DNA of 63,278 bases, filler included, from Choristocarpus tenellus KU-1152 (lineage: Eukaryota > Protista > Phaeophyceae): NCBI GenBank assembly GCA_964200185.2. It is 9 parts of 9 records of this genome, joined end to end, with 100 filler letters (N's around TTAATTAATTAA, not from the genome) between each part and the next. Parts side by side here need not be neighbours in the genome. Positions count along the whole stretch, not along the records: positions 1 to 14,152 come from CAXNAD020001268.1; positions 14,253 to 21,696 come from CAXNAD020006146.1; positions 21,797 to 28,478 come from CAXNAD020007575.1; 6 more parts are not named here. One strand, written 5' to 3'. Position 1 is the first letter of the stretch. Each line of letters begins with the position of its first letter. Position numbers and translations under genes: made by a program. Positions 13,439 to 25,810 of this stretch are shown here, piece after piece. A model generated the notes under the pieces. That model was not told where the DNA came from. It was given only the letters and a program-made list of their open reading frames with translations, and did no database searches.

Positions 13439-14152
13439 ACCATGACCACAAGGGGTTGTTTCTCTGTCACTTTAATCTGGATGGGATCGTAGCCGTCACA
13501 GTAACAGTCACTGGTGTTTGATATTGTGAATGCTGCAGAGCATACAGAGGCCAACAACACCCTACTAGATAGAGCAAGGTACGTATGTGCCCTGCCTCAG
13601 GTTCATAGACGCATATTTTTGGTGGGGGTTTATCTCTCAAAGGAAGCTCACTGTCCTCCACGTTCCTCACAGATACAGGTCAAGGGAACTCTATTCAAGG
13701 GCTATCAGTATGTAGATGCATCACAAGAGGATGGATTTTTTTTGTAGTATTGTGTACCGAGAACCATTTTGGTTCAAATTAAATCAGCCAGAATTTTGTT
13801 TCAATCAACTTGATTAAAATCGTTGGCGCATGAGGCAAAGGCGGCCCCTGGTGGTGGGATGGGGCCTTTTTGAGGCCACAATTTTATTTATTTTTTTCAA
13901 ATTATATTCTTTTCAGAAGCCCTTCTTCATCGCCAGAGGCATGACCTCCGGTGGCATCTAGGACAGACTATCGCCCATTCATGTCTCGGATTCAATGAAG
14001 AGTGAAGAGGAGGTGGATTGGGGGTCAACTGCGAAGGGTGAAGATGGGTTCATCGTGATTCTCATACCCCTCTCCTACTAATAACAGCCGATTTCAAAAA
14101 TTGAGGATGGAGCTTTTCATTGAGGATGGGCTTGACCCAAAATTGACTGGGA

Positions 14153-14252
14153 NNNNNNNNNNNNNNNNNNNNNNNNNNNNNNNNNNNNNNNNNNNNTTAA
14201 TTAATTAANNNNNNNNNNNNNNNNNNNNNNNNNNNNNNNNNNNNNNNNNNNN
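14153..14252. other. Artificial contig-joining spacer (44N-TTAATTAATTAA-44N); also at 21697-21796, 28479-28578, 32168-32267, 36279-36378, 39964-40063, 47674-47773, 56856-56955
   Basis: Identical 100-nt structure eight times; the palindromic 12-mer puts stops in all six frames. Confidence 0.97.
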
Positions 14253-14720
14253 GGAAACATGTAGCTCCGAATGGACAGCCACCACCCCCCCCAGGTACTA
14301 GGAGCCAGGGTCAAAAACGGACGCCGGCACCCCCCTCCCCATATACTTTGACCCAAACGAAACATCCAGGTGGAGGCCTTTGTCCCATTAGGGAGCTGAT
14401 CCGGCATCCACAAGTGGCCCAGCATGGAAGACCACAACCATGCGGAAATTCCGGTCCACTGTGAATGGGCTACCGTCCTCTATAATGCAAGGGATGTCCA
14501 TTCCTTTGCAGAGTTGTCCTAGTTGCTTCACCATCGGCGTGTGTTGGCGTGCCTGTCTCCCTGCCCTAGGGAATATATATTGAGCATGTTGGGTGTCAAC
14601 ATTATGCCTCCTGCACCCATCCACTGGGCACCTGTATTCGATAGGGCCTCCTCCCTCCCTAGGGATTAATGTCCAAGACAAATTGTGCTGTACTGCACTA
14701 AACCTTTGTACGGTACAAAT
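14253..14720 (-). mobile_element. C-terminal remnant of an RLE-type non-LTR retrotransposon (CRE/NeSL-like)
   Basis: Degenerate zinc knuckle YRCPVDGC...DTQHAQ...ARQH, followed by RLE-like FRMVVVF...GLHLDVSF with an in-frame stop; truncated by the spacer. Confidence 0.65.
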
Positions 14721-17347
14721 ACCTACTGTACTGCTCATTGTGTTACCGTATTGACGTGTTCCGCGTTTGTTTGTTCACATGCAATTGATTATTAGTGGAA
14801 TGTATATGGATACATGGACAATCATTTTTTTTTTTGAGGGGTTCAAGATCCCAGACCAATAATGTTATGTGATTGTAGATGACATTTCAAAATGAAGCAT
14901 GTCATAGGTGTCACTTGTTTCCCTTTTGGAACTTGGCGATGGAGACGGAAAAGCGAGGTGTCGAAGGTTGTGCGAAGGAGGATCGAGGATGAAGAGGTAG
15001 AGACTGTCTTATTGTTGGTGTATGATACATCAGCTGTTGGATGCCAGCGGGTATATCAACGGGGCAACAGTCTTCTGCGATTGGCAACATGGCAGCAGGG
15101 TCAGAGAGGTGAAAATACCTTTCCTCTCCTCAACTCGAATAAATGTGTAGTGCAGTGCTGGTGACTGTCATTAAGCCTACTGCTACACCAAACCACGCAA
15201 ATGTGTTCTACACTACACAAGCGCCAGGGCAAAAAAAAATACTATGTTGTGGTTACAAACAGTAGTGAGAGTGGTTGCATGAGATTGCTTGGCCGAATGT
15301 GTTGCTCCCTTTGTATGTACCCAGCAGTAATCGGATCATGGTTAGGGTAAGGCTAAATTGAAGAGAAAGTCATTCTACATGTTTCGAATATAGAATAGTA
15401 CAGAAAAGGTTTATTGTAGTGAAAGTTTGATCATACACCACCTTACTCCCGTATATCATAGGAAGTGCAGTAACAAGTGATGCACCAGGTCATGTGGTTT
15501 CCATATTGTACTCTTGAGAGCAATAAGATGTTTCTTTCCTCCTGATAGTATGGTTAGGAGGAGCAACTACCGTTGCTCATTCGATTCATTCGGCACATGA
15601 CTCACCACAGGATCCCAAGCGACAGTGGTATCCCAAATTACCCACAGGAATAACTTGACCTCCTCGTCTTCTTGTGCTCTTGTGTAATATCAGGAGATAA
15701 TTCATGGTTTGATGCCTCACTTCAGTTGTCATATCAGCACCTTAGAGGAAGAATTTTGTTTTACAGTTCTGTATTGGTGCTGAATACTCTGCTTTTGCCA
15801 TCCTCCTCTATCAGCAGTATGTTAGGTGTTCCAAGGCAGCAATTGTTGACAGTTACATCCTCTATTAACGTTTAGGGCACTGATCACTGATGTCGTAGGA
15901 GGGGATGACCAATGTACCATAAAATAGCCATCCTATCATAAAGGAGTGACATTTGAAGTCCCCTTGAGTTAAGGGCTAAGAAAAAATACCTGACACCAAA
16001 TTTCCCAACCTTGAAATGCAGAGAGCTGCCCTCCCTTAGGACGCCGTGACTTTAGAAGAGGAGCTAAATGTTTGTTAGTCCACATATTGCAGAATCACTC
16101 ACGAGAGTGCTAGAAGCACATCCTCCAGAAGGCAGGGGGTGCACAGAGGCCCCAGACACTCAACGATACCTCGCCCTAAGATAGGATGTAGCATGGCTCC
16201 AAATTTCACACAACTAAATATCAGAGGGCATGAAGGGGTCGGTGTTTACTCTGGGACAGCAGACGTACAGTCCCTTTCTGGTACGACCTCTTACGACTGG
16301 AGGTTGGTAATGGGGTCCCTAGCAGGCAATACTTACAAATGTACATTTTTTTCATTCCTTCTTATTCTTAGTCTTCCTTCTTCGTGCCCTGAACTGTGGA
16401 TTTTCCTCTGCTAACAGGATGCAGCAAAAGGGCCGGTCAACATTATTACTATGCTTCTTGTAGCTCCCTCTCTTCCGCATTTGCATATATGCTTGCTGCC
16501 AGTTTTCATGAGCACAAATAAGCTTGAAGGGAAGCAGCTTATCCTCATTGACACCCTTTTTCAAACGAATTTCTTCTCCTTTCCAAAAAAGATAAAAGAA
16601 CCCCTCAAAACTCAAAACAGCCAAAAAAACGATCCCTATAAGCTACTTTAACTCAATGTTTGCTAGACAACGGACAATTGGAGCAACCATTGCGGCCGTG
16701 CTATTCTCCTTGCTTCAATTTTCTTCTGCTTCACTTCTTCGATTTTCGCTTGCTCCTCTTTACCACCTCTGGCCACATGTCTTGGAGAAGATCAAACTAT
16801 ATGTGCGTGAAATTTGTAATACTTCTGCAATTACCGCTGCAGTTGTTCTGGATAACCAGCACTGTTACATGAAGAACATGCTCGGCTGTTGGCATAACTG
16901 CTCAAATAGGTCGAATGTTGCCCACACAATCAACGTTAGGCTTAAGTAAAAAAATTGGCAATTGGTGTATTAGGTCAAATCAACTCGGGCATTGTATGTC
17001 ATATAGCAACTGGCCTGTCAATATTCCCCTAGCATCAAAACGTAATTAGTGCAAATCGCCCGTAGCTTTGTCTAGGATAACGGACTTTTCAGACTGAATC
17101 CGTCCAAACGTTTCAGGGCAATGGTAACAGTTGAATGCAATATAGTCCTGAGTGTACACATGTTGGTTGGGATTTTCATATTTTCATGGAGGATACAACG
17201 ACTAAAATGCCCCCAAACCAACAGTAATGACCCATTCCACCTGGACAATGTAAACAAGTTTAAAATATAGATCGTATTAATTGCGAGAAAATAATTTTGT
17301 GCCTTTCTGGACCTGGGATGAGGAAGAAGGTTGAGGTCGTGGTTTTT

Positions 17348-17601
17348 GAGTGAAAGTATCTTAGAGAGTACGAGTTTTACCCTGTTTGACAATTTGGGGC
17401 TTGGCTTCCCATCGGATTTTTTTATTACGTTTTCCTACTCCAAAATGTTTAGGAACAAGGTAAAGTGTGTACGTTACGAAAAGGTGTGTCCGAAACAAGG
17501 CACTTCCTAACAATCATAATAGCCATAATTATATCAAAATCGGAACATTGGATTTTGACCTCCAAATGGACGCGGCCCTCCCCTCTAAAATACTTTGGCT
17601 C
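17348..17601. mobile_element. MITE family A, full copy with small internal deletion
   Basis: Both TIRs present; TSD not matching. Confidence 0.88.
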
Positions 17602-18185
17602 CTTAGATATTGCGATTATTGGACTACCTACCAAACTTACGGCTAATCTCCCTCATCAATCTCATCAACAAGTAGATCCTACCCTTACTGCTGAATCCAA
17701 TACATACAGAGCGCTGTATACATCCATATTTCTTCTTTCATAGGTGTCGCCCAACCTTGACCGCCTTCTAGGAAACTTGCCACGAACTCTCCTCCTCCTC
17801 CTAGATACAGCATATTCTCGCCATTGACCCACCAGTACAATACACAATATGTGGTTATTTCCCCGTTTAACTTACTTCCTAATCTCCATATTACCTGTGG
17901 AAGGTTTTCCCAATTCACAGGATCAAGCCAAGTCAACCCTTCGAGTCATCATGAAACTCACATTTTAGAATGACTAGCCAACTCATGCATGTCGCCACCA
18001 GATATAGAGGTTTTATCGTTGTCATTGTTCACCCATTCTTCCTGCCCCCAATGAACCCCGGAAACACTATTCAATCCCCAAGATGCATTCGGAGTCAAAA
18101 ATGTGGTGAAAAATCAATAATTCTTAACTGCAGTGTGTATAGTGTCTCCAAAAATTATCCATAGATAGGTACCTCAATCAACATT

Positions 18186-18850
18186 GGGCCAAAGTATCTG
18201 GGGGGGGGGGGTCGGGTGTCCGTTTTGTGCCTTTTTTTCAAAAAGGCAATTTTTGGGTGATTTGCTTGCACGTGTCGGACTTTCAATGTTTTCAAAAAGG
18301 GTTGGTGGTTATGGTCTGTTGCTGTTGTGTTGTCGTGAACAGCACTAAAAATACTATATGCTCTTATTTTGGGTTTGTTTTTTGTCCAAAATTGGGTTTA
18401 TGGTTTTACCATCGCTAAAAATACATAATGTGTTTACTTTGGGTTAGTTTTGTGTTCAGATTTGGGTGCTGATGAACAACACAAAATGTATATATACGAT
18501 GTATTTGGGGTTAGGATTACGGTTAGGGATTAGGCTTGGGTTAGGTTAAGGTTCGACAGCAATACACTGGTTTGGTTTGGGTTATTTTTGTGTTAAGACT
18601 TGTGTTTTCATGAACAACGCTAAAAATCCACCATGTTTCATTTAAGGTTACTTTTGTGTGGAGATAAAAAATAATCAACATTAGGGTTAGGGTTAGGGTT
18701 AGTGTTAGTGTTGGGCTAGCATGATGAAGGTCGAGCGTGTTACAGGGACGAATAGTGGACACTAAGGTTCGTTGGTTGGTAGTTTGTTTCATGGTTTGTA
18801 TATGGGCCTAGGGTAAGGGTCGGGGTAAAGGTTAGGGGAAGCTAAGCTGG
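18186..18850. mobile_element. End of a long element sharing the MITE-B TIR, with subterminal repeats
   Basis: GGGCCAAAGTATCTGGGGGGG followed by MITE-B-like sequence, then recurring TGAACA(A/G)C(A/G)C(T)AAAA and TTTGGGTTA(G/T)TTTTGTGTT motifs and TTAGGG tracts. No second TIR before the spacer. Confidence 0.6.
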
Positions 18851-19231
18851 GGGTGTGTGACCCTTGCCCTTCGTGAAGTTAATGTAAAACGTGAGATGTT
18901 TGTGTGATGCAGAAGCTGCTTTTTACATATTCCAAATTGACAGTATCAGGGAAACGATGAACGAATGACTTGCCCCGAGTATAAAAATGAAGGCTTGCAA
19001 CGTGATTGGAGTTTGTGTAATGGTTTTAGAACAAAAGATTATATACAGTGTAAGTAGAGTTTGAGGTTAGGTCTAGGAATCACACTTAGGATTGGGGTAA
19101 AAATCGACCCATGTCCACATTGTGGTTTAAAGAGTGGATTTGGTGAGAAGACATGTTCACCTATTATCCCCTGGTGGCTATGGTAGAAAGGTTGGTGCAT
19201 GTGCGCGCTGCGATTGCTTTGTAACCTTAGG

Positions 19232-21560
19232 GTTAGGAAAGAGAATCCGATATTTAGCTGGAACCCTTGGTTTACGTTGTCATGATTAGAGCTACGTTAT
19301 GATTAGAGCTTGTTATGTTCGAAGAAGAGCTTGTACAAACAGAGTTGTGGAGGAGTTGAAGTATGGTGTTAGGTTTGGTGATTGCAGGAAGGTTAGTATG
19401 GTGAGTGTTGGTTTACGAAGTTGAGAATAATAAGTGGCCGTTGATAAGGGATGGTGTCGAAGGCATGCATTGTCCAAGTGGTTGGAAACTTGTCCGAATG
19501 GAACGAAAAGAGTGGGTTATAGAATTTAATATTTTGGCAGTGCTTGCATTGGCTTTTATACACTTTACTTTGGTCAGATAAACAATAACCTCAAAAGTAT
19601 CGTATATCATGTGAACTGACACATCTGACTGCTCCACATGAAAAACACGAAGATTCAACACCACTGTGAAAAGAAATAAGCCGTCAGATCCAAACCACAT
19701 GAACACACAGGAGTTGGAGACCATCCAAATAACATTTAGGCCCTAACTTAACAAAACTAAAACTACCCATACAACAAGTTCAATCAGAAACGATGAAGAC
19801 TCTACTTCAACTCATGGGCATGTTGGTATCGGCATTCATCGCCCTTCTCCCACCAGTCTACGAGTTTGGTGTAGGCCCCAGTCAGTCGGTGCCATAGGTT
19901 AAGCATAGTGGAATATTTGGCGTTCCATTTTTCTGCCTTAGTGAGGCTAAGAAAAATGTCGCTCTTAGCACGAAGGGCTTCAACATCCTCCACACGCAAA
20001 GTCCTTTTCATTTCCCCGCACCACCAACCAGTGTATTGAGGATTTCCTCGTGAACGTAGCAGTTGTCTCCCTGTACAATATATTGGCCGCCCTGCCGGCC
20101 CTCCTTTGTTGAAACCCGTGATCGTGTATGACCTGCCCGAGGATCTGCGTTTGTACCCGATACTGGGCAGATTTCGGCTTGGTCACCAAACGGAGGAGTT
20201 CTGTCAAACAGGCTTTCCCATGAAATCTTCTGTTATGCCCTCCACGATTGGACCTCCAGAGTGGACCGATTGTGGTCTGGCACAGGGGTCACCACCGCCT
20301 GTGGAACGGTTCCCTTCTTCCTCCTGGAGTGCGTCACCACTCCCCCTGTCACGGGTAGATCTCTCTGATCTGCAGGATTGTCCGTCGAGGCTGGGTTAGC
20401 CTCCACCCTCCGGCGAGCAGAAGCAAAAATGTTGGCCAGGAAAGAAGTTGGCTCTCCGTCCTGCCTGTTCTTCCCACAAAGCTTCTCTAAAGGTGTAACC
20501 CCTTCAAGGACTACTGCGGACTTCTTCTTCTTCTTCTTCTTGGCAGAGGTCAAGGTCTCGCCAACTTTTGCTTTCTTAGGAGAAGACCCGTCTCTGCAAG
20601 AAGAGTCTGATTTCCTCTTGTTGCCGCAGTAGTTGGTGCAGCATGGGTGGAGCTTCCACTCCCCCCCCCAATGGCGTGATCCTTGTCCCTTCCATCTGTT
20701 CGTGCGGAGTGGAGAGACTGGTACGCGCAGCTTGGTGGTCCTTCCAGCCTGTCACTTCTACCACCAGGCTTCTCCACAGGTCTGACCTCTTCAACGACCA
20801 CTGTGAACTTCTTGATCTTCTTAGTCTTGTCCTTGCTTGTTCTTGTTCTTGTTCTTCTTGTCGGCAGATGTCGAGGTCTTGCCAACTTTTGCTTTCTTGA
20901 CCGAAGGGTCGTCTCTGCGAGAAGAAGAACCATCTGGTTTCCTCTTACTTGGAAAGATCAGTTCTTGAAGAACGGACGGAGCTTTCACTGCCCCCCAAAA
21001 ATCGCCATCCATGTCTCTTGCACCTATTAGGCAGCGTGGGCAGACTCCTCCCCGCTTATACCCACCGCATCGATGATTGTGCATCTTCCAGAAACATTCC
21101 CACCAGTGATAGAATCTGATGGTGCGCTTGGCACTTCCCCCACGCCTGTCTTGCCGTCCACCTCCTCGGAAGATGACGAGACACCAGTACCAGACCGGCC
21201 TTCAACGCTAGGAGAGTCGTCTTCCGAGGTTGGAGTTGCTGGTATGCCCCTATGGCAGATACTTCGTTGCGATCATCTAAGGATTCCTCTATTTTTTTCC
21301 TGCATGATGGGATCCTCGTGCAAAAAAAAAGGGCTTAGTCTACAGTGTGAGACGGACCCAAAATGGCGTGCTCATAGCTTTCTGCTACTTGTCCTAATTT
21401 GGTTAGGAGTCGGTATTTATACGCACTGTTGTAGTGGACGTAATGAAAAGGTACAAAGTTATTGAACATCGATAATGGGGACCCAAATAGATCTGTAGGA
21501 TGACTAGTCGGAAATGGTGAGGTGTGACTTGTCGAATAACCCAGTGCTATCCTTACATTA
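19232..21560 (-). mobile_element. Unclassified dispersed repeat with decayed coding capacity, copy 1
   Basis: 19232-19875 and 21252-21530 are reverse-complement homologues of 26536-27411 and 25811-26086. A frameshifted ORF ends KLVDWWEKGDECRYQHAHELK*. Confidence 0.7.
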
Positions 21561-21623
21561 TCTGTGCTGATCAAGTATATAACATAGGTTATATGTACGT
21601 TTATAATTAGTTAGGTACGATAC

Positions 21624-21696
21624 GAGTCAAAGTACCTTAGAGGGTCAAGCCGCGTCCATTTGGGGGACAAAATCCAATGTTGCAATTTTGATGTAA
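21624..21696. mobile_element. MITE family A, truncated by spacer
   Basis: TIR GAGTCAAAGTACCTTAGAGGGT plus family-A internal sequence. Confidence 0.85.
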
Positions 21697-21796
21697 NNNN
21701 NNNNNNNNNNNNNNNNNNNNNNNNNNNNNNNNNNNNNNNNTTAATTAATTAANNNNNNNNNNNNNNNNNNNNNNNNNNNNNNNNNNNNNNNNNNNN

Positions 21797-24042
21797 CAGC
21801 CCCGATGGGAGGGCAGCATGGCTCGAGCTGGAGCAAATTTATGGAGGGCGCGCTGCAGTTCAGCGGCCCATGCAGCTCATTGCTCTAGAAATGAAAAGCC
21901 GTGATATGTACGGCTCGTCAGTGGAGGACGCTGCAGATTCGTGATTCGTCTTGATCACATCTGGACTGAGTACAAGCAGCTGGATGCAATCAAAGAGGAT
22001 CATGCTAAAAAGGGAGCTCTGATCAAAAAAATCAGAGACAGCATGCCACAGGTTTTTGCACAGCTAACAACAGCCCCAGAACTAACTTGTGATCAGCTCA
22101 AGAACGTCATCATATCTTTCTCGTCTTGCATGACCACGGAGGTCATAGGACACACATCTAGGAGATCGGGGGCGATGACGCTTCACACAGGAGCAGAAAA
22201 TTCAGAAAAGAAAACAAGGATTCAAGAGAGGCTTCGATCCCAATCAATGTACATTCTGTTTAAAATATAATCACTGGTGGCGAGAATGCCCCTCATACTT
22301 GACAAGGTATGCAAGGAGTGCAAGTCCTAGGCACTCAGTTATGCACGGGGAGGCCGCAGTCCCCAGACAGTAGTGGGGGAGGTGATGCACACAGATATGG
22401 AGGGACCTTTTAACCCGGACGTGACAGGAATAAAATATTTTCAGGTCTTCGTGGACGAGGCTATTATGGAGAAGTGTGTGATAGGTCTACGTGCCAAAGA
22501 CGCTGCTACAGCGGCCACTGCTGCCAACATAGATGAAATGGCTCGAGATGGGGTAGTAGTGAGATGCATCAGTGGGGATGAAGCTGGAGAATTTGGTAGG
22601 AGCATAAAGAGCAGAAGTACCTTAGAGGGTAGAGCCGCGTCCATTTGGGGGCCAAAATTCAATGTTGCGATTTTGATATAATTTTGGCTGCTGTGTTTGT
22701 TAGGAAGTGTAAATATCCACGTTATGGACACACCTTCCAATAACATACATACTTTACCTACTCCTCAACATTTTGAAGTAGCAAAATGTCATAAAAGAAC
22801 CCATGGGAAGCCAAGCCCCAAATGGACAAACAGGCCAAACCCGTACCCTCTAAGATACGTTTACTCTAAAGTTCCAACACATGCTAACAGAGCGAGGCGT
22901 CAAATGGCGCAAGAGCCCCCCACGCACGCCCCAGAGCAATGGAATTGCTGAGAGGGCAATCAAACAAGTTATGCAGGCGGCACGCAGCCAGTTGATTCAG
23001 GTTGGACTGGGGGAGGAGTTATGGTTCTTCGCGGTAGCAGATGCCACATATAAGACCACTGGCATGCCGCACGAGTACCTAGGAGGCGAGACACCATACG
23101 AGCGCCTGAATAACAAGCCATTCAAATACAATCGGCTTCGAGTATTTGGGACAGAGTGTTTTTTTTACACCAAACCAAGCAACAGTGGGGCGCTAATGCC
23201 AAGTTCCACCCATATGCAAAGAGGGTGATCCTTGTAGGACACGACAGGGTGTCACTATGCTGGCACGTATGGATCCCACAGGAAGAAAAGCTCGTGACCT
23301 CAGCACAGGTGACACAACCAAGGAGGCCTTGAATGGGCCAGATGCAGATCAATGGAAGGAAGTCATGAAAAAAAGGAAGTGGCAGGACTTTGGCAGAAGG
23401 GGACGTTTAGTGACAAAGCCCTACCTCAAGGAAGGAAGGCAATCAAGACACGATTTGTTTTCAAAATCAAGCACTCTGCAGTAGGACAGTGGAACGATGT
23501 AAGACAAGACTCGTGGCACGTGGGTTTACCCAAAATGCAGGAGTAGATTTCTTTGAACCCTTCAGCCCGGTAGTGGGATACGACACACTACGATATGTCA
23601 TATCAGTTGCAGCGTACAAAGGATGGAGCATAGACGACCTGGATTTCACACAGGCCTACCTCAACGCAGATCTGCAGGAGGACATCTGGTTGGAGCTTCC
23701 TGATGGCCGCACTGTCAAGGCAGAGAAGGCAATCTATGGGCTGAAGCAGTCGGCAATGGAATGGTACCATGAACTGCGCAAAATTATATTAGCGGAAGGG
23801 TGGACGAGGAGTCAACACGACGAGTGCCTCTACTTCAAGAAGAGTGAAGATGGACGCATCGCCATCCTCACTACCTACATGGACGACACTGCCACCACTG
23901 GGGCTCATAACCTATGCAAAAGAGAGCTCTTCCGATACAGTCTTCTCATTATGCTGTATGTATGTGTTTATTAGCGGAGTGAGCACTACCCTCAAGGTGG
24001 GGGGTGCTCTCCCTTGTTAACTATTTCATTCGTCATCAAACA
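21797..24042 (+). mobile_element. Ty1/Copia LTR retrotransposon, degenerate and internally deleted
   Basis: Gag DGRAAWLELEQIYGG and knuckle CTFCLKYNHWWREC (22248). Integrase HTDMEGP...FVDEA...GDEAGEF...TPQSNGIAER. RT KTRLVARGFTQ...DFTQAYLNA...GLKQS...YMDD, in Copia order INT-RT. Protease and RNase H absent. 23903-24042 is a possible LTR remnant ending in ...AAACA. Confidence 0.92.
22609..22866. mobile_element. MITE family A inserted in the Copia integrase
   Basis: 258 bp, TSD TAAA/TAAA; removal restores ...GRSIKFQHMLTERG... in frame. Confidence 0.95.
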
Positions 24043-25810
24043 CGTCAGAATATGTTTGAAATATGTTTGTGACAGTTACACTATGTCACTCACTTATAAG
24101 TTCAAGTTAAACTACGTCAGTCACTTTTACACTATAAACCATATAGACTGCCAGTCTATATTGTACAGTATCAACCTGCTTCAGTGATTAACGTGTCGCC
24201 CTCCCCTCAACGCATTGCATACACCCTCCCGACCAGGACAGGTTCGACTTTAGGGCAGTGGACTCCTTCACTGTGCTGTGGTACGCCAACCCAGATGTGG
24301 GTATTGAGTCCCTCAGTAACAGTGGGGGGTTCACTCATGTCTACAGAAAGCAGGTAGCCTAACCCTACCCCCCCAAACACTGGAACAACTTTGCGGGCGT
24401 ATCTATGTGGTTGTGCTGGGCGGCATTCGATCATTGCACACAATATATTCTTCCGTCTGCACATTCTTAACCCGACATTCTTGTAATCCTGTGACTGCGC
24501 GTACCCCAGTTCTGAATTGAAACGTGTAATATGTCCCTCCCTTTGTGTAGCTCTCTAACGAGATCAGGGTACAGCATTTCGCAAGAATGTGCACCGATGT
24601 CTTGACTGGAGATGGACGTTCCATCTTAAGAAGAGAAACCCCTCAAGACTACAATTGGAGCGACATTGCACAGATGGCCGCGCATGTCGTCTCCCACGAG
24701 GCAGCCAATAAACTACCGTTGGACACGCTCTCTCTCTCGTACGTGGTCGGCGCGGAGACCTTCCCAGATGAATGGTTACGTCCAGTCTTGAGATTGATTT
24801 TGATCAGCTCTGCTGTAAAGACGTGCGCACTGGGCTAACGCTGCCGCAACACAAAGTCTTATTCACTCATTGACCCGCAACTCATGAACTTGCCCACTTC
24901 CCATTCACTCCTCCATGACAGTTTTCGAAGACTCTGAGAGTTCAAAGAAATAAAAGGTCTCAGACAGGCCCCCAGGAGGATCAACCCAAGAGGGGACGAG
25001 GGAAGGAGAAGAAAAAATCGCCAGGGAGCGACGATTCCACACCTTGAAATCCGCACAAACCGATCGGGATTTGCTACTCTCATGCCCAAAACTCTACGAT
25101 TTGCGCATGCAAGGAGGATGCACCTTAAGCGTTTCCTTATCAAAGGGTCTGTCCTCGAGGTCGCTATCCAGGCCATCGACGACCTCAAGAGGAAAGACGA
25201 GGTTGGGATCGACCCCGATGCGGAAGACTCCATCCAACGGGACTTCTGAAACCCTACTCCAAATAATAACTACACCCTGTTCAAAGAGGTACGCAGGGGG
25301 TGTGAGGCTCTCCTCGTATTACCATTCCTTACATTTCCCAAACTCGACAACCCCTCTGATGAACAACGTTTTCCAAACGCTGAAAATTTGTCAGGAGATA
25401 AAGGACCTCTTGTTACAAGGTGTGGAAAAGGGTGATATATTCTATGACATTGTTAAATACTCTAAGGGTGTTACTCAAAACGCCAGCGATGAACACGCGA
25501 AGTCAAGCTACCAAAGCATCGTACAACATACAACTATATCTACATCACAAACCGTTTCCCTCCTTCAGTTCCCAACCCTGGACACTCTTACAAACACATA
25601 TTTTCTCTATATTAACGCGTGTCCCATATATTCTCAACCACACTAATGTTTACATATCTTAATCCTTTTGATGTTTTGTGTCGGTCGCCACAAGACATCA
25701 CCAAACACTTCTATTGGTATTGTATCATGTACTACTGCAACACCTTCGCCACATTTCACCTGTGACACCGACATCGCGCGCCTAAGCCCAAGCATAGAAA
25801 TTTTCCATCT

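Noticed and set aside
14197-14208. TTAATTAATTAA palindrome recurring eight times
   Set aside because: Artificial six-frame-stop linker within fixed N spacers; not biological.
25350-25396. Type I hammerhead-like string CTGATGA...GAAA...GTC
   Set aside because: Stem II closure and stem III do not pair properly and there is no second copy; an Infernal search would be needed to rescue it.
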